Shown here: positions 46,094-58,600 of the stretch, one piece after another
Layout of the letters: each line of letters opens with the position of its first letter
Numbering within the stretch: the first letter of the stretch is position 1
From: Escherichia coli
GTDB lineage: Bacteria > Pseudomonadota > Gammaproteobacteria > Enterobacterales > Enterobacteriaceae
Length of the DNA: 64,000 nt
Assembly (NCBI RefSeq): GCF_030013595.1
Contig: NZ_CP122768.1
Direction: 5' to 3' (one strand)
Program-made: the position numbers and the translations under genes
Notes under the pieces: model-generated
What the model was told of the DNA's origin: nothing
The model's database searches: none
Seen by the model: the letters and a program-made list of their open reading frames with translations, nothing else

Positions 46094-47140
46094 ATGCCAG
46101 TTTTGCAGTGGGGAATGTTATGTGTGCTCTCACTTCTCCTTTCTATTGGTTTCCTCGCGGTTCATCTCCCGGCGGCGCTATTACTTGGGCCGATGATCGC
46201 CGGGATCATCTTTAGTATGCGCGGAATTACTCTGCAACTTCCCCGCTCTGCTTTTCTCGCCGCCCAGGCCATTCTTGGCTGCATGATTGCGCAAAACCTC
46301 ACTGGTTCGATTCTCACCACGCTGGCCGTCAACTGGCCGATCGTGCTTACAATTTTACTGGTGACGCTGCTTTCCAGCGCCATTGTTGGGTGGCTACTGG
46401 TGCGCTATAGCTCATTACCTGGAAATACTGGTGCCTGGGGTTCTTCTCCTGGCGGCGCGGCGGCAATGGTCGCTATGGCGCAAGATTACGGCGCAGATAT
46501 TCGCCTGGTGGCGTTTATGCAATATCTGCGAGTGCTGTTCGTCGCGGGGGCAGCTGTTCTGGTCACCCGCATGATGCTGGGTGATAACGCTGAAGCGGTT
46601 AACCAGCAAATCGTCTGGTTCCCTTCAGTGAGCATTAATCTCCTGCTTACGATTTTGCTCGCAGTCGTTGCCGGTACAGTGGGATGCTTGCTACGTCTTC
46701 CTTCCGGCACGATGCTCATCCCGATGCTGGCGGGCGCAGTGCTCCAGTCTGGTCAGCTCATCACCATCGAACTACCGGAATGGCTGCTTGCGATGGCGTA
46801 TATGGCAATTGGCTGGCGGATTGGCCTTGGTTTCGATAAACAAATCTTACTGCGGGCACTACGCCCGCTACCGCAAATCCTGCTGTCGATTTTTGCTCTG
46901 CTGGCTATTTGTGCAGGTATGGCGTGGGGGCTGACCCGGTTTATGCATATTGATTTTATGACTGCCTACCTCGCCACCAGTCCCGGCGGGCTTGATACCG
47001 TGGCGGTCATCGCCGCAGGGAGCAATGCCGATATGGCGCTTATTATGGCGATGCAAACCCTGCGCCTGTTCAGTATTTTGCTGACGGGGCCAGCCATTGC
47101 GCGGTTTATTTCAACCTATGCGCCGAAGCGGTCGGCCTAG
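46094..47140 (+). CDS. abrB: AbrB-family membrane protein (putative transporter)
   Basis: 348 aa from [12 protein letters not shown]; polytopic. Confidence 0.85.
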   Translation: MPVLQWGMLCVLSLLLSIGFLAVHLPAALLLGPMIAGIIFSMRGITLQLPRSAFLAAQAILGCMIAQNLTGSILTTLAVNWPIVLTILLVTLLSSAIVGWLLVRYSSLPGNTGAWGSSPGGAAAMVAMAQDYGADIRLVAFMQYLRVLFVAGAAVLVTRMMLGDNAEAVNQQIVWFPSVSINLLLTILLAVVAGTVGCLLRLPSGTMLIPMLAGAVLQSGQLITIELPEWLLAMAYMAIGWRIGLGFDKQILLRALRPLPQILLSIFALLAICAGMAWGLTRFMHIDFMTAYLATSPGGLDTVAVIAAGSNADMALIMAMQTLRLFSILLTGPAIARFISTYAPKRSA

Positions 47141-47928
47141 TGCTGGCAGCCTGGACACCAGTAAAACGGGCGCGAGGACAACGTGGTTTTCTCAATGATG
47201 CTGCCACAGCGTTCACACGGTTCGCCATCACGATGAAAAACCTTAAAGCGAAACAACGCCCCATGATGTTTATTCTCATCCACCTGCCCCCGCGTAGCGT
47301 AAGAAAGTCGAGGAATATCCAGTAACGCGTCTGCGAGTGCATCCAGTTGCGCCGCACTGAGATCTTTCGCTTTATGATTGCCGGTTAACCCCACCTGCCA
47401 GAGGATCTCCACCCGCAAATAATTGCCAAGCCCAGCCAGAAACGCCTGATCGAGTAGTAATCCAGCAAACTGACGGTTACGAAAGCGCGGCGACAATAAT
47501 CGTTCCTTTACCACCTCTGGCGTCAGATTCGGATCCAGCACATCTGGACCAACGCGTTGTAAAAACGGATGCGTGGTCAGTTGTTCCGGGGTCAACATCT
47601 CAATATCCGAGGCGCTATAAAGCAGAATGGTTTTGTCAGCCGTTTGCAGTTTTACCCGCAATACTCGCGTGGTCTGCGGCTCTTCGCCGGTTTCAACCAC
47701 GCGCCAGACGCCGTAAAGCTGATTATGGCTGTAGAGCGTTAAACCGTTGGAAAAATGAGTTAACAACGCCTTACCACGCGTTTCCACATGGGTAATCTGT
47801 TGACCGATAAGTCGTGATTGATAAGATTTTAACTGCGGGAAGGCAAACCAGACATCAGTTAGTGGTTTGCCTTTGATCGCCGCCTCCAGGTTATCCGCTG
47901 CACGGCGGATCTCCGGGCCTTCAGGCAT
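47137..47928 (-). CDS. nei: endonuclease VIII (DNA glycosylase/AP lyase)
   Basis: 263 aa, N-terminal MPEGPEIRR (catalytic Pro2/Glu3), C-terminal zinc finger CxxC...CxxC. Confidence 0.96.
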   Translation of the reverse strand: MPEGPEIRRAADNLEAAIKGKPLTDVWFAFPQLKSYQSRLIGQQITHVETRGKALLTHFSNGLTLYSHNQLYGVWRVVETGEEPQTTRVLRVKLQTADKTILLYSASDIEMLTPEQLTTHPFLQRVGPDVLDPNLTPEVVKERLLSPRFRNRQFAGLLLDQAFLAGLGNYLRVEILWQVGLTGNHKAKDLSAAQLDALADALLDIPRLSYATRGQVDENKHHGALFRFKVFHRDGEPCERCGSIIEKTTLSSRPFYWCPGCQH

Positions 47929-47963
47929 GGTGATATCCTTTTTTCATTCTTTATTAAGCGGGG

Positions 47964-48698
47964 TTATGCTGCGACAACAATCCCCTTTTCGGCAAATGTA
48001 GAGCGTAGTCGGCGGGCGAACGCCAGTGCGTGCTCGCCATCGCCATGCAGGCAGACCGTTTGCGCCGTGACCGTTGCCCATTCGCCGGTGATGCTTTTGA
48101 CTCTGCCGTGTTGCACCATCTCCAACGTTTGCGCCAGCGCCTGTTCTTCGTTTTCAATCAACGCGCCTGGCTGGCTTCGCGGCACCAGCGAACCGTCTGC
48201 CTGATAACCGCGATCGGCAAACACTTCCTCGCGCGTTGTCAGGCCATATTGCTTGCCTGCACGAATCAGCTCGCTTCCTGCCAGCCCGACGAGAATCAAT
48301 GCCGGATCGCAAGCGTATACCGCTCTGGCGATGGCGTCTGCCAGTTGTGCCTCTTTCGCCGCCTGGTTGTATAACATGCCGTGCGGTTTGACATGACACA
48401 TTACGCCGCCTTGCGCACGGGTAATCGCTGCCAGCGCGCCAATTTGATACAGCGTCTGGGCGTAAACGGTTTCTGGCGGCAGCTGCATGGCTCTGCGACC
48501 AAAATTTTCCCTGTCGGGAAAACTCGGATGAGCGCCAATCGCAACACCATTTTTTATTGCTTCACGCACGCAAGCCTGCATGGTTTGCGCATCGCCTGCA
48601 TGAAATCCACAGGCAATATTGGCAGAGGAAACCAGCGTTAATAGCTCTGCATCGCTGGCATAGCCTTCGCCCAGATCGGCGTTCAGGTCAATTTTCAT
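47964..48698 (-). CDS. pxpA: 5-oxoprolinase subunit A (LamB/YcsF family)
   Basis: 244 aa, ybgL orthologue by sequence and synteny. Confidence 0.92.
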   Translation of the reverse strand: MKIDLNADLGEGYASDAELLTLVSSANIACGFHAGDAQTMQACVREAIKNGVAIGAHPSFPDRENFGRRAMQLPPETVYAQTLYQIGALAAITRAQGGVMCHVKPHGMLYNQAAKEAQLADAIARAVYACDPALILVGLAGSELIRAGKQYGLTTREEVFADRGYQADGSLVPRSQPGALIENEEQALAQTLEMVQHGRVKSITGEWATVTAQTVCLHGDGEHALAFARRLRSTFAEKGIVVAA

Positions 48699-49620
48699 TG
48701 TGCAGCCGCCACGCTAATTGTTCGAAATAACGTTGCTGATCTTGCCGTGCTTTCAGTGCCTCTTCCAGTGAACACTGGACAAAATGAATCGGCTGACCGA
48801 GCGGAATTTGCGCCAGATGGTACATATCAGCCTCAATGATACAGGCAATACGCGGATAACCACCCGTGGTCTGTGCGTCGTTCATTAACACAATGGGCTG
48901 CCCGTTATGCGGCACCTGCACCACACCCGGTAACAAACCGTGAGATAACAGTTCGCGATCGGTGGTGCGTTTTAAAATTTGCCCCTGTAAGCGATAGCCC
49001 ATGCGGTTACTTTGCGAGCTAAGCTGCCAGGGCGAACGCCAGAATGCATCCTGCGAGGCGCGATCGAACTCATGATATTCCGGCCCCGGCAAGGCGCGAA
49101 TGCGGTTGCCCCACAGCAGCTGTTTAACGCCCTGCGCTTCCATAAAATCACGCTTCGATTTGCCAATCGGGAGTCGGTCACCATCCTTCAGTAAACGGCC
49201 TTCCAGCCCGCCAATCCCCACTTTGAGATCGGTGCTGCATGACCCCATTACCGGCGGAACATCAATACCACCCGCGACCGCCAGATAACTGCGCATCCCG
49301 TGCTGCGGGCGTTTAAGCGTTAAACGCTGGCCTGCTTTCATCGGCAATCGCCAGCCGGTCCAGACGGCGTTATCATCCAGCCGCGCTTCGCAACCGGCCC
49401 CCGTCAGAGCAAACCACCCATCAGTTTCGAACTCAACCGTTAACTGACCGAGCGTGATCTCCAGCGCGGGGGCATTGGCGTCATTACCCACCAGTAGGTT
49501 AGCAATGCGTAACGCGGGCATATCCAGTGCGCCGCAGTGGCTGATACCCGACTGGCGAAAACCGTGACGACCGCCATCCTGCACAGTGGTATACATGCCC
49601 GCACGAATAATCTTCAGCAT
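48688..49620 (-). CDS. pxpC: 5-oxoprolinase subunit C
   Basis: 310 aa, ybgK orthologue. Confidence 0.92.
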   Translation of the reverse strand: MLKIIRAGMYTTVQDGGRHGFRQSGISHCGALDMPALRIANLLVGNDANAPALEITLGQLTVEFETDGWFALTGAGCEARLDDNAVWTGWRLPMKAGQRLTLKRPQHGMRSYLAVAGGIDVPPVMGSCSTDLKVGIGGLEGRLLKDGDRLPIGKSKRDFMEAQGVKQLLWGNRIRALPGPEYHEFDRASQDAFWRSPWQLSSQSNRMGYRLQGQILKRTTDRELLSHGLLPGVVQVPHNGQPIVLMNDAQTTGGYPRIACIIEADMYHLAQIPLGQPIHFVQCSLEEALKARQDQQRYFEQLAWRLHNEN

Positions 49621-50270
49621 ACTCCCTCCTTCTGCGGTACAAAGCGCACGCTGTCTCCCGGACGTAATAAGATGGGTTCGTCACGCGCCGGATCAAACAG
49701 GCTGAGTGAGGTATGACCAATCAACTGCCAGCCACCCGGCGTTGCCAGCGGATAAATACCAGTCTGCGGCCCGCCGATCCCGACAGAACCTGCCGGAACG
49801 AGCAAGCGCGGTTCAGCGCGCCGTGGCGTGTGTAGTTGTTCCGGCAAACTCCCGAGATACGGGAAGCCCGGTTGAAAACCTAAAAACCAGACCACGTATT
49901 CCACGGAGGAGTGCAATTCAACAACCTGTTTCTCACTCAACCCACAATGCGCCGCGACCACCGCTAAATCCGGTCCGCCTGCACCACCGTAAACCACCGG
50001 AATTTCAATAAAACGAGACTCCGGCTCCAGCGCCTCACTCTCCTCCCACCAGCGTTGCAAACGCTCTATGGCATCCAGTGCCAGCGACTCAGGATTACGT
50101 AAAATCACCGTGATATTGTTCATCCCCGGTATCGCTTCAACCACATTCGGCATATCCACCAGACGCTGCGCCAGTCGCCAGATCCGTTTCTGGCTAGCCA
50201 GCGTCACCGGCGGTTCCAGCTCCAGCACTACCGCCGTTTCACCTATCAGATAACAACGCGCTCGTTGCAC
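49614..50270 (-). CDS. pxpB: 5-oxoprolinase subunit B
   Basis: 218 aa, ybgJ orthologue. Confidence 0.92.
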   Translation of the reverse strand: MQRARCYLIGETAVVLELEPPVTLASQKRIWRLAQRLVDMPNVVEAIPGMNNITVILRNPESLALDAIERLQRWWEESEALEPESRFIEIPVVYGGAGGPDLAVVAAHCGLSEKQVVELHSSVEYVVWFLGFQPGFPYLGSLPEQLHTPRRAEPRLLVPAGSVGIGGPQTGIYPLATPGGWQLIGHTSLSLFDPARDEPILLRPGDSVRFVPQKEGVC

Positions 50271-50292
50271 TTTCGATCCCTCTGATTATTCG

Positions 50293-51036
50293 TTATGCAG
50301 GATTAGGAATATCAATAAAGGTCACATCAAGATCGGTATTTTCATTCAGCCACTCGCTCAACGCGCGAATACCACCACGTTCAGTGGCATGGTGACCCGC
50401 AGCATAAAAATGCAATCCCTGCTCGCGGGCTGAATGAATGGTCTGTTCAGAAACTTCGCCAGTAATAAAAGCATCCACGCCAAAACGCGCGGCGCTATCG
50501 ATAAAACTTTGCCCGCCGCCCGTGCACCAGGCAACGCGCTGGACCACCTCAGGTCCGGTATCGCCACACCATAACGGCTTACGTCCCAGACGCGCTTCAA
50601 TCCAGGAAGCCAGCTCCAGTCCCGGCACAGGCATGGTCAGCTCGCCCCACGGCACCAACGGCTCAATTTCGCCCATGACCGTGATCCCCAGTAACGCCGC
50701 CAGCTGTGCGTTATTGCCCAACTCAGGATGTGCGTCAAGCGGCAAATGCCAGCCATACAGGTTGATATCATTCGCCAGCAACGTTTTTAAACGGTTACGC
50801 TTCATGCCGCGAATGACCGGGGATTCGCCTTTCCAGAAGTAGCCATGATGCACAATGACCGCATCCGCGCCCAGACGCACCGCTTCATCGAGCAAAGCCT
50901 GGCTGGCAGTGACACCGGTAACAATTTTTTGCACCGTCTCTTTGCCTTCCACCTGCAAACCATTCGGCGCGTAATCACTAATCGCCGCGCTGTTCAGTTT
51001 TTCGTTAATCAGTTGTTCCAGTTCGGTGTTTTTCAT
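50293..51036 (-). CDS. ybgI: Nif3-family metal-binding protein (GTP cyclohydrolase 1 type 2 homologue)
   Basis: 247 aa, YbgI. Confidence 0.93.
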   Translation of the reverse strand: MKNTELEQLINEKLNSAAISDYAPNGLQVEGKETVQKIVTGVTASQALLDEAVRLGADAVIVHHGYFWKGESPVIRGMKRNRLKTLLANDINLYGWHLPLDAHPELGNNAQLAALLGITVMGEIEPLVPWGELTMPVPGLELASWIEARLGRKPLWCGDTGPEVVQRVAWCTGGGQSFIDSAARFGVDAFITGEVSEQTIHSAREQGLHFYAAGHHATERGGIRALSEWLNENTDLDVTFIDIPNPA

Positions 51037-51123
51037 CTTCGCGCCTTCCGTATTCTGATAGCTACACCGTTAACATAGCGTTACCTCGCCTGTTCGTCGA
51101 TAGCCAATCTTTTGACATATTAA

Positions 51124-52788
<1,665 letters not shown>

Positions 52789-52803
52789 CAGGCCAGCACC
52801 ATG

Positions 52804-52834
52804 CCTGATAAAACGCTCGCTGCGTTTTATCAGG
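52804..52834. terminator. bidirectional hairpin (13-bp stem CCTGATAAAACGC / GCGTTTTATCAGG) between convergent dtpD and phr
   Basis: perfect inverted repeat overlapping the phr stop codon. Confidence 0.55.
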
Positions 52835-54248
52835 CTCCTTTCCTCGCTTCTTCGTACGCTGCCAGCGTTCGCAGCCTTGCCTCTTTATGATCAACTATCG
52901 GTTGCGGATAATCCAGCGTCACACCTGCTTTCTGCGCCCATTTCCACGGCTCATGCACCACTTTCCCTGGCACATCGCGCAGTTCCGGTAGCCACCGGCG
53001 GATAAACTCGCCTTCGCGGTCAAATTTCTCGCCCTGGGTTGTCGGGTTAAAAATACGAAAATACGGCGCTGCATCGGTTCCGGTTGAAGCGGCCCACTGC
53101 CAGCCACCGTTATTGGCTGCCAAATCACCATCAATCAGCTGCGACATGAAATATCGCTCACCTTCGCGCCAGTCGATCAATAAATCTTTCACCAAAAAAC
53201 TGGCTGTAATCATCCGTAGCCGGTTATGCATCCAGCCAGTGGTGTTAAGCTGACGCATGGCAGCATCAACAATCGGGTATCCCGTTTTGCCTTCCTGCCA
53301 GGCCTGTAAATGTGCGGGATTGCTCTGCCACTGCACACGATCCGTCCAGGCAATAAACGGACAATGTTTACACAACGAGGGGTAATACGTCATCAGATGA
53401 CGGTAGAACTCGCGCCAGATCAGCTCACTAAGCCAGACACTACCGGCCCCACCGTCCAGCGCCTGCGGCTGTTCCGCCAACAAGCGATGCAAACACTGGC
53501 GAGGCGATAACCCGCCCGTTGCCAGGCTGGCGGACAAACGACTGGTGCCTTCCACTGCCGGAAAATCTCGTTGTTGCTCATATTCTCCGGCACCGTTCTG
53601 GCAAAACTGGCGTAATTGCGCAATCGCAGCTTTTTCTTCCACCGGGAAATGCGCAGTATCGAGAGGCTGACGAGGATAATTCAGCGTAATGGATGGCGCG
53701 GGATCTATCGATCCACTACTACGTACTTTTGGCGCAGCGACGCACTCCGGCATCCCTTCCCGCAGTCGTTTCAGCCAGGCGTTTTTAAATGGTGTAAAGA
53801 CTTTGTACATCTCATGATTGCCGGTCATCACCGCCCCCGGCGGCAGGATCACGCTGTCATCAAATCCTTCACACACCACGTTACGCAGCGCTCTTTCAAC
53901 TTCCACATCCCGCGCCCGCTCATTCACCTCATACTGATAGTTATAAAACAGATGGGTAACACGATTTTCCGCGCACACCTGTTTAACTATTTCGACGCTG
54001 GCGGCAAAGTCATCCACTTCATGAAACAGCAAAGGAATGCCTTTTTCCGCCAGCGCGATTTGTAGCCCGTTCAGTTGTGCATTGATAAATTCAGCCTGAC
54101 GCGGCGACATATTATGCGCCGCCCACTGGCGTGGGGTAGCGATATACAACGCCAGCACGCGCGCAGACGAATTGCGGCAGGCGGCAGCCAGCGCGAGATT
54201 ATCGTGCTGACGCAAATCCTGGCGAAACCAGACCAGATGGGTAGTCAT
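52830..54248 (-). CDS. phr: deoxyribodipyrimidine photolyase
   Basis: 472 aa with photolyase N-terminal and FAD-binding domains. Confidence 0.96.
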   Translation of the reverse strand: MTTHLVWFRQDLRQHDNLALAAACRNSSARVLALYIATPRQWAAHNMSPRQAEFINAQLNGLQIALAEKGIPLLFHEVDDFAASVEIVKQVCAENRVTHLFYNYQYEVNERARDVEVERALRNVVCEGFDDSVILPPGAVMTGNHEMYKVFTPFKNAWLKRLREGMPECVAAPKVRSSGSIDPAPSITLNYPRQPLDTAHFPVEEKAAIAQLRQFCQNGAGEYEQQRDFPAVEGTSRLSASLATGGLSPRQCLHRLLAEQPQALDGGAGSVWLSELIWREFYRHLMTYYPSLCKHCPFIAWTDRVQWQSNPAHLQAWQEGKTGYPIVDAAMRQLNTTGWMHNRLRMITASFLVKDLLIDWREGERYFMSQLIDGDLAANNGGWQWAASTGTDAAPYFRIFNPTTQGEKFDREGEFIRRWLPELRDVPGKVVHEPWKWAQKAGVTLDYPQPIVDHKEARLRTLAAYEEARKGA

Positions 54249-54754
54249 AAAACTCCTGAATGGCGCAAGTTAATCACACGCGGCCAAAGTTCGAAATAAC
54301 GCTGCCCTGAAAGCCAGGCGTCAGGATAAAGCGCCATATAGTGTTTGATACGCATCAGCGGCGCAAGAAGTGGTTGCTCGCCACGGCGATAACTGTCGAT
54401 AAGCGCAGCCAGCTGCTGGCGTTCTGTGGAATCAATATGAGGGCGAAAATAACCCTGAACGTGCATCAAAACATTGGTGTGGTCACGTCGGTTGGCGGGG
54501 TGAGAAAGCAAAACAACTACGCGTTGGCGGTACTGGTTGTAATAGTCATCCAGATTTTGCCACTGGTGAATATCAGCCACGAACGGGCCAAGTTTGCGGT
54601 ATTCCGGCTGGGAATGAGCCAGAAAGACGAGTTTATAGCGGCTGTGATAATCGAGAAGCGCCCCGCGCGTTAAGCCATGTTCTTTCAGTCGATGTAACTC
54701 ATGAAGCGCGAAGATACGGATTAGAGTGCTGTCATCAAATCGTTGCTGATTCAT
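54245..54754 (-). CDS. ybgA: DUF1722 protein YbgA
   Basis: 169 aa, overlaps phr start. Confidence 0.9.
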   Translation of the reverse strand: MNQQRFDDSTLIRIFALHELHRLKEHGLTRGALLDYHSRYKLVFLAHSQPEYRKLGPFVADIHQWQNLDDYYNQYRQRVVVLLSHPANRRDHTNVLMHVQGYFRPHIDSTERQQLAALIDSYRRGEQPLLAPLMRIKHYMALYPDAWLSGQRYFELWPRVINLRHSGVL

Positions 54755-54882
54755 TACTGCTCCTGAACGGTTTACAGGAGTAAGTGTAGACGTTGGTAAA
54801 TGATGTTTGTGAAGTTAATCCGCTAGCAGGGCAAGATTACGAAAGCGCGCTCCCCGCAAGCAACTCATCAAGGTAGTTAATC

Positions 54883-55176
54883 ATGGCTGAACACAATATT
54901 ACGCCAGAAGTCATCATTTCCAAAACACAGCGCCGCTGTACCGTGGGTTATCTGCCCAACCGCAGCGACACGCCGGTGATCAAAATCAGCGCCAAATGGC
55001 TGAGAGAAGCGGGATTTGAGATCGGCACTGGCGTTACCGTGAAGATCTCGGAAGGTTGCCTGATCCTGCTTGCGGATAACAACGAAGTACAGGAACTGCG
55101 CAGGGAACTGTATCAGGTTAAACAGGCTGTTAAGGGGATGCGTGACGGGATGTTTAGTGTGCTGAACGAGAGTTAA
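54883..55176 (+). CDS. SymE-family (SOS-induced type I toxin-like, AbrB/SpoVT fold) protein
   Basis: 97 aa; RRCTVGY...PVIKISAKWLREAGFEIGTGVTVKISEGCLIL aligns with K-12 SymE (RHVTVGY...[32 protein letters not shown]). Confidence 0.75.
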   Translation: MAEHNITPEVIISKTQRRCTVGYLPNRSDTPVIKISAKWLREAGFEIGTGVTVKISEGCLILLADNNEVQELRRELYQVKQAVKGMRDGMFSVLNES

Positions 55177-55181
55177 ATAAT

Positions 55182-55213
55182 AAAAAAGCCGGGAGATTTA
55201 ATGTCTACCCGGC
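55182..55213. terminator. bidirectional terminator between SymE-like and Rhs immunity genes
   Basis: A6 + GCCGGG...CCCGGC hairpin; reads as hairpin + T6 on the minus strand. Confidence 0.5.
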
Positions 55214-55243
55214 CCACACATTATAATGTGTAAAACATATATT

Positions 55244-55684
55244 CTATTTATTTAAGTATTTTTTAGAGATTCTTAACCACCATGCTTTACCAGAATTAAA
55301 ATTTGAAATTAATACTTTCCCTTTTTTCCTTTTTAAAACATCAAGAATTACAGCATCAGATTTTTTTAATATCCCATCTTCTTGAGGAACACCTAACTCT
55401 ATCAATATATTAATTGAGTCAAATAGATGACCTATCTTTTCATATTCTTCATACAATAAATTACTTTCATTATTCGATATCTGAATTAAGTAATTAAATG
55501 TAACCCCCAAAATATTAGGAAATTTAGAGCTATTGACACTCGATATAAACTCCTGAACAATAGCTCTGTTTTTTAATTTCCCGGCACATAATAAAGCATA
55601 AATATTTCCAGCCAAACGTTCGATATCATGCGGATATCTATATCCTTTAGCAATTATTGCCTTAATTTTCTGTTCAGGAGTCAT
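55244..55684 (-). CDS. putative Rhs immunity protein (146 aa, low GC)
   Basis: AT-rich ORF starting 3 bp after the Rhs stop on the same strand; typical toxin-immunity arrangement. Confidence 0.7.
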   Translation of the reverse strand: MTPEQKIKAIIAKGYRYPHDIERLAGNIYALLCAGKLKNRAIVQEFISSVNSSKFPNILGVTFNYLIQISNNESNLLYEEYEKIGHLFDSINILIELGVPQEDGILKKSDAVILDVLKRKKGKVLISNFNSGKAWWLRISKKYLNK

Positions 55685-55686
55685 TA

Positions 55687-58600
55687 TCAGTACCTCCCGT
55701 TAGGAACAGAAAATCCAGGCAAACGCCTTAGATTTTCCCACGATTCAGGGAAGTGAGTTAAGATCACTGGTGTTTTCCCTATCTGACTTGTTGCAGTAAA
55801 CAAACCTGTTTCAGGATCATAATAGCCTACTCTAGGTTTATTCGTATACCTATCTCTATAAGTAAATTTCCTGCCATTTTGTATCGTGGTTCTTGCACTA
55901 ATATCATATTCTTTTACTGAATTTGCACCGACTTGTGAGCCATGTTTTTCAAAGTGATCTCTTAGGCCCGGCCCATCAACATTTTGTCGTGCTTTATTCC
56001 ATTTTGCATTTTTAGCCGTACCACAAAATAACCCAAGCGGATCGATCCAGCTTAACGGATTTGGCACATAAGCATAGAGGTTCAGCCCACCGTTTAATCC
56101 TATCGGGTCCGTTACCATGAACCGCCCGACATCCGGATCATAGTACCTGTGCAGATTGTAATGCAGCCCCGTTTCCCTGTCGAGGTACTGTCCCTGGTAG
56201 CGCAGGTTCTGCTCCACCCCGCCGTGGTCCTTCTCCTGTATCGTGTTACCCCAGACCTGATACCCCGTCTCCCACACGATTTTCCCGTCGCTGTCCGTCA
56301 TCTCTTCCGGCGCGCCGTTCACATCCGTGTGAAAATACAGTATCCGGTTCGGGCCCTCTTTGCCCGCCTTATCCACCCGCGCCAGCGGTTCATAACTCCC
56401 CGGGTCCCTGTAGATGTACAGGCTGTCTGTTCCCTCCGGCCTGCTCTCCTGCGCCAGCCGCATTCCGTCCCATAAAAATTTTGTCCGGTTGTACGGTTTA
56501 CCGTCAGGACTGATGTGCTGTTTTTCCGTCCGCCTCCCCAGCGCATCGTACACATACCGGTACGTCCCCCGCGCTGTCGTCACTTCCACCATCCGGTGTT
56601 CCGCATCATAACGGTAACTCTGCGTGCCGCTCCGCCCCTCCTTTTCCACCGCACGGCCAAATTCGTCGTAACGGTAGTGCACACCACGGTAAGACATCAG
56701 CCGGTTGAACGGCACCACGCTGTTTTCTGCCGTGGCCCTTTCCCCCGCGCGCCGCGCCAGCAGGTTTCCCGCCGCGTCGTACTGCCAGCTCGCCAGATAC
56801 CCCTCATCCTCCGAGCGGCACGCCGTGATGCGCCCCGTGGGGTCGTAGAAGTAATCCGTTTCCCCCCGCCGGCTGTGCCGCGTCTTCAGCAGTTCATCCT
56901 CGCCACTGTAGCTGTACTGCCGGTCCGTGAACGTCTCCGGTACCCCCCCGCGCATCCCGCTGTATGTCTCCCTGCGCTTCAGCCGCCCGCCGGGGTCGTA
57001 AAGCTGCCGCGTGCTCAGTCGCCCCTGGCTTCTGAGCACTTCACGGTGCAGGGCGTCACGTGTGAACTCGCTGATGACCTCCCGGTCCAGATTTATCTGC
57101 TGGAGATGGCCGCTGCCGTAGTACAGATGACGCTGCGTTCTGCCGTCCGGAAAGGTGGTGGCTGTCCGGTTGCTGAGTTCATCGTACTGATGGGTCAGGA
57201 CGCCCTGCGCCGTCTCCTCAGTCAGCATCCGCCCCAGTCTGTCGTAACTGAAGCGGATAATCTCCGGTGCGTCTGTTTCCCCGGCATCCGACCGTCGGCG
57301 GCGGATTTCCAGTAGCTGGTCTGCCGCATCATGGACGTATTCCGTACGGCTATCGGCTGTCTCCTTTGCCGTAAGCCGGCCCGCCGCATCACGTGCCAGC
57401 CGATGGCGGATTTCACCGCCCCGGTCCCCGGTGAACACCACTTCCGTGACCGCGTTCAGCGCGTTGTAGCGGTACGTCTGGCGGCAGCCGTCCGGATTTA
57501 TCTGCTCCGCCAGACGGTCCAGCACATCATGGCGGAACCGGTAGCTTTCTCCGTTCTCGTTTGTCAGCGTGACCAGACGCCCGTAAGCATCGTACCCGAA
57601 TGCCGTCCTGCGCCCCGTCGCGTCCGTCCGGCTGCGCACCCGGCCCTGCCCGTCCCGCTGCCAGCGCGTTATCCTCCCCATCGGGCTGGTGTACTTCACC
57701 AGCCTGCCCGCCGCGTCCGACTGGTAATTCACCGTGCGGCCGTCCGCCAGTATCACCTCCGTCAGGTGGCCGCTGTCGTCATACCCGTAGCGCGTGCTGT
57801 GGCTCTGCGCGTCTGTCATCCGTATCAGCCGCGTGCGTTCGTCGTAGAACCAGGCCGTCTGCGAGCCGGAACAGTCCGTGTGCCGCATGAGCTGCCCGTC
57901 TTCGTTCCACTGAAGGTATTTATTCCCCCCGCGCGCATCGGTTATCTGCACCACCTGGCCGTGGCGGTCATACTGATACCGGGTGTTCTGCTGCAGCGGG
58001 TCGGTCACCGCAAGAAGATTGCCGCGTTCATCGTACTCACAGCACCAGCTGTTCCCCGCCGCGTCCACCTCCGTTTCCGGCTGGTGCCACACCGGGTGCC
58101 ACTGTGTCTGTGCCACCCGCCCCAGCGGGTCGTGCGTCTCCGTGATATGCCCCTGCCGGTCATACACATAGCGCCATTTGCCGCCCTGCGCATCGGTCAT
58201 TCCCAGTAACAGCCGTTCTTCGTCGCTCCAGCGGAACGTCGTCACCTGCCCGGCTTCGTCCTGGTACGCCGTCACCTGGTTCTGCGCGTCCCACTGATGA
58301 TAACGCGTGCGCCCCAGCCCGTCCGTCACGCACAGCCTGCGTGACGCCAGGCTCCACGCCAGCCGGTACTGTTCACCGCTGTCCGTGTGGTGCCCCGTCA
58401 CCCGCCACGCTGCGTCATCCGGGCCTTCATACCAGCCCCACTGGTAATAATACCCTTCGCCGCCCGGCTGGCGGTGCAGGGTCATGCAGTGGTTTTCGTC
58501 GTAAGCAAACTCGCGCAGCAGGTGTCCCGTGCTGTCGTACACGCCGTTCAGGTCGCCGGCCTCGTCATAGCGGTAACGACGCAGCAGTAAAGGAGCCGTC

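Noticed and set aside
54770-54790. LexA box upstream of the SymE-like gene (CTGA-N7-ACAG)
   Set aside because: Spacing and half-sites do not fit the CTGT-N8-ACAG consensus, and the sequence lies at the ybgA start codon; not called.
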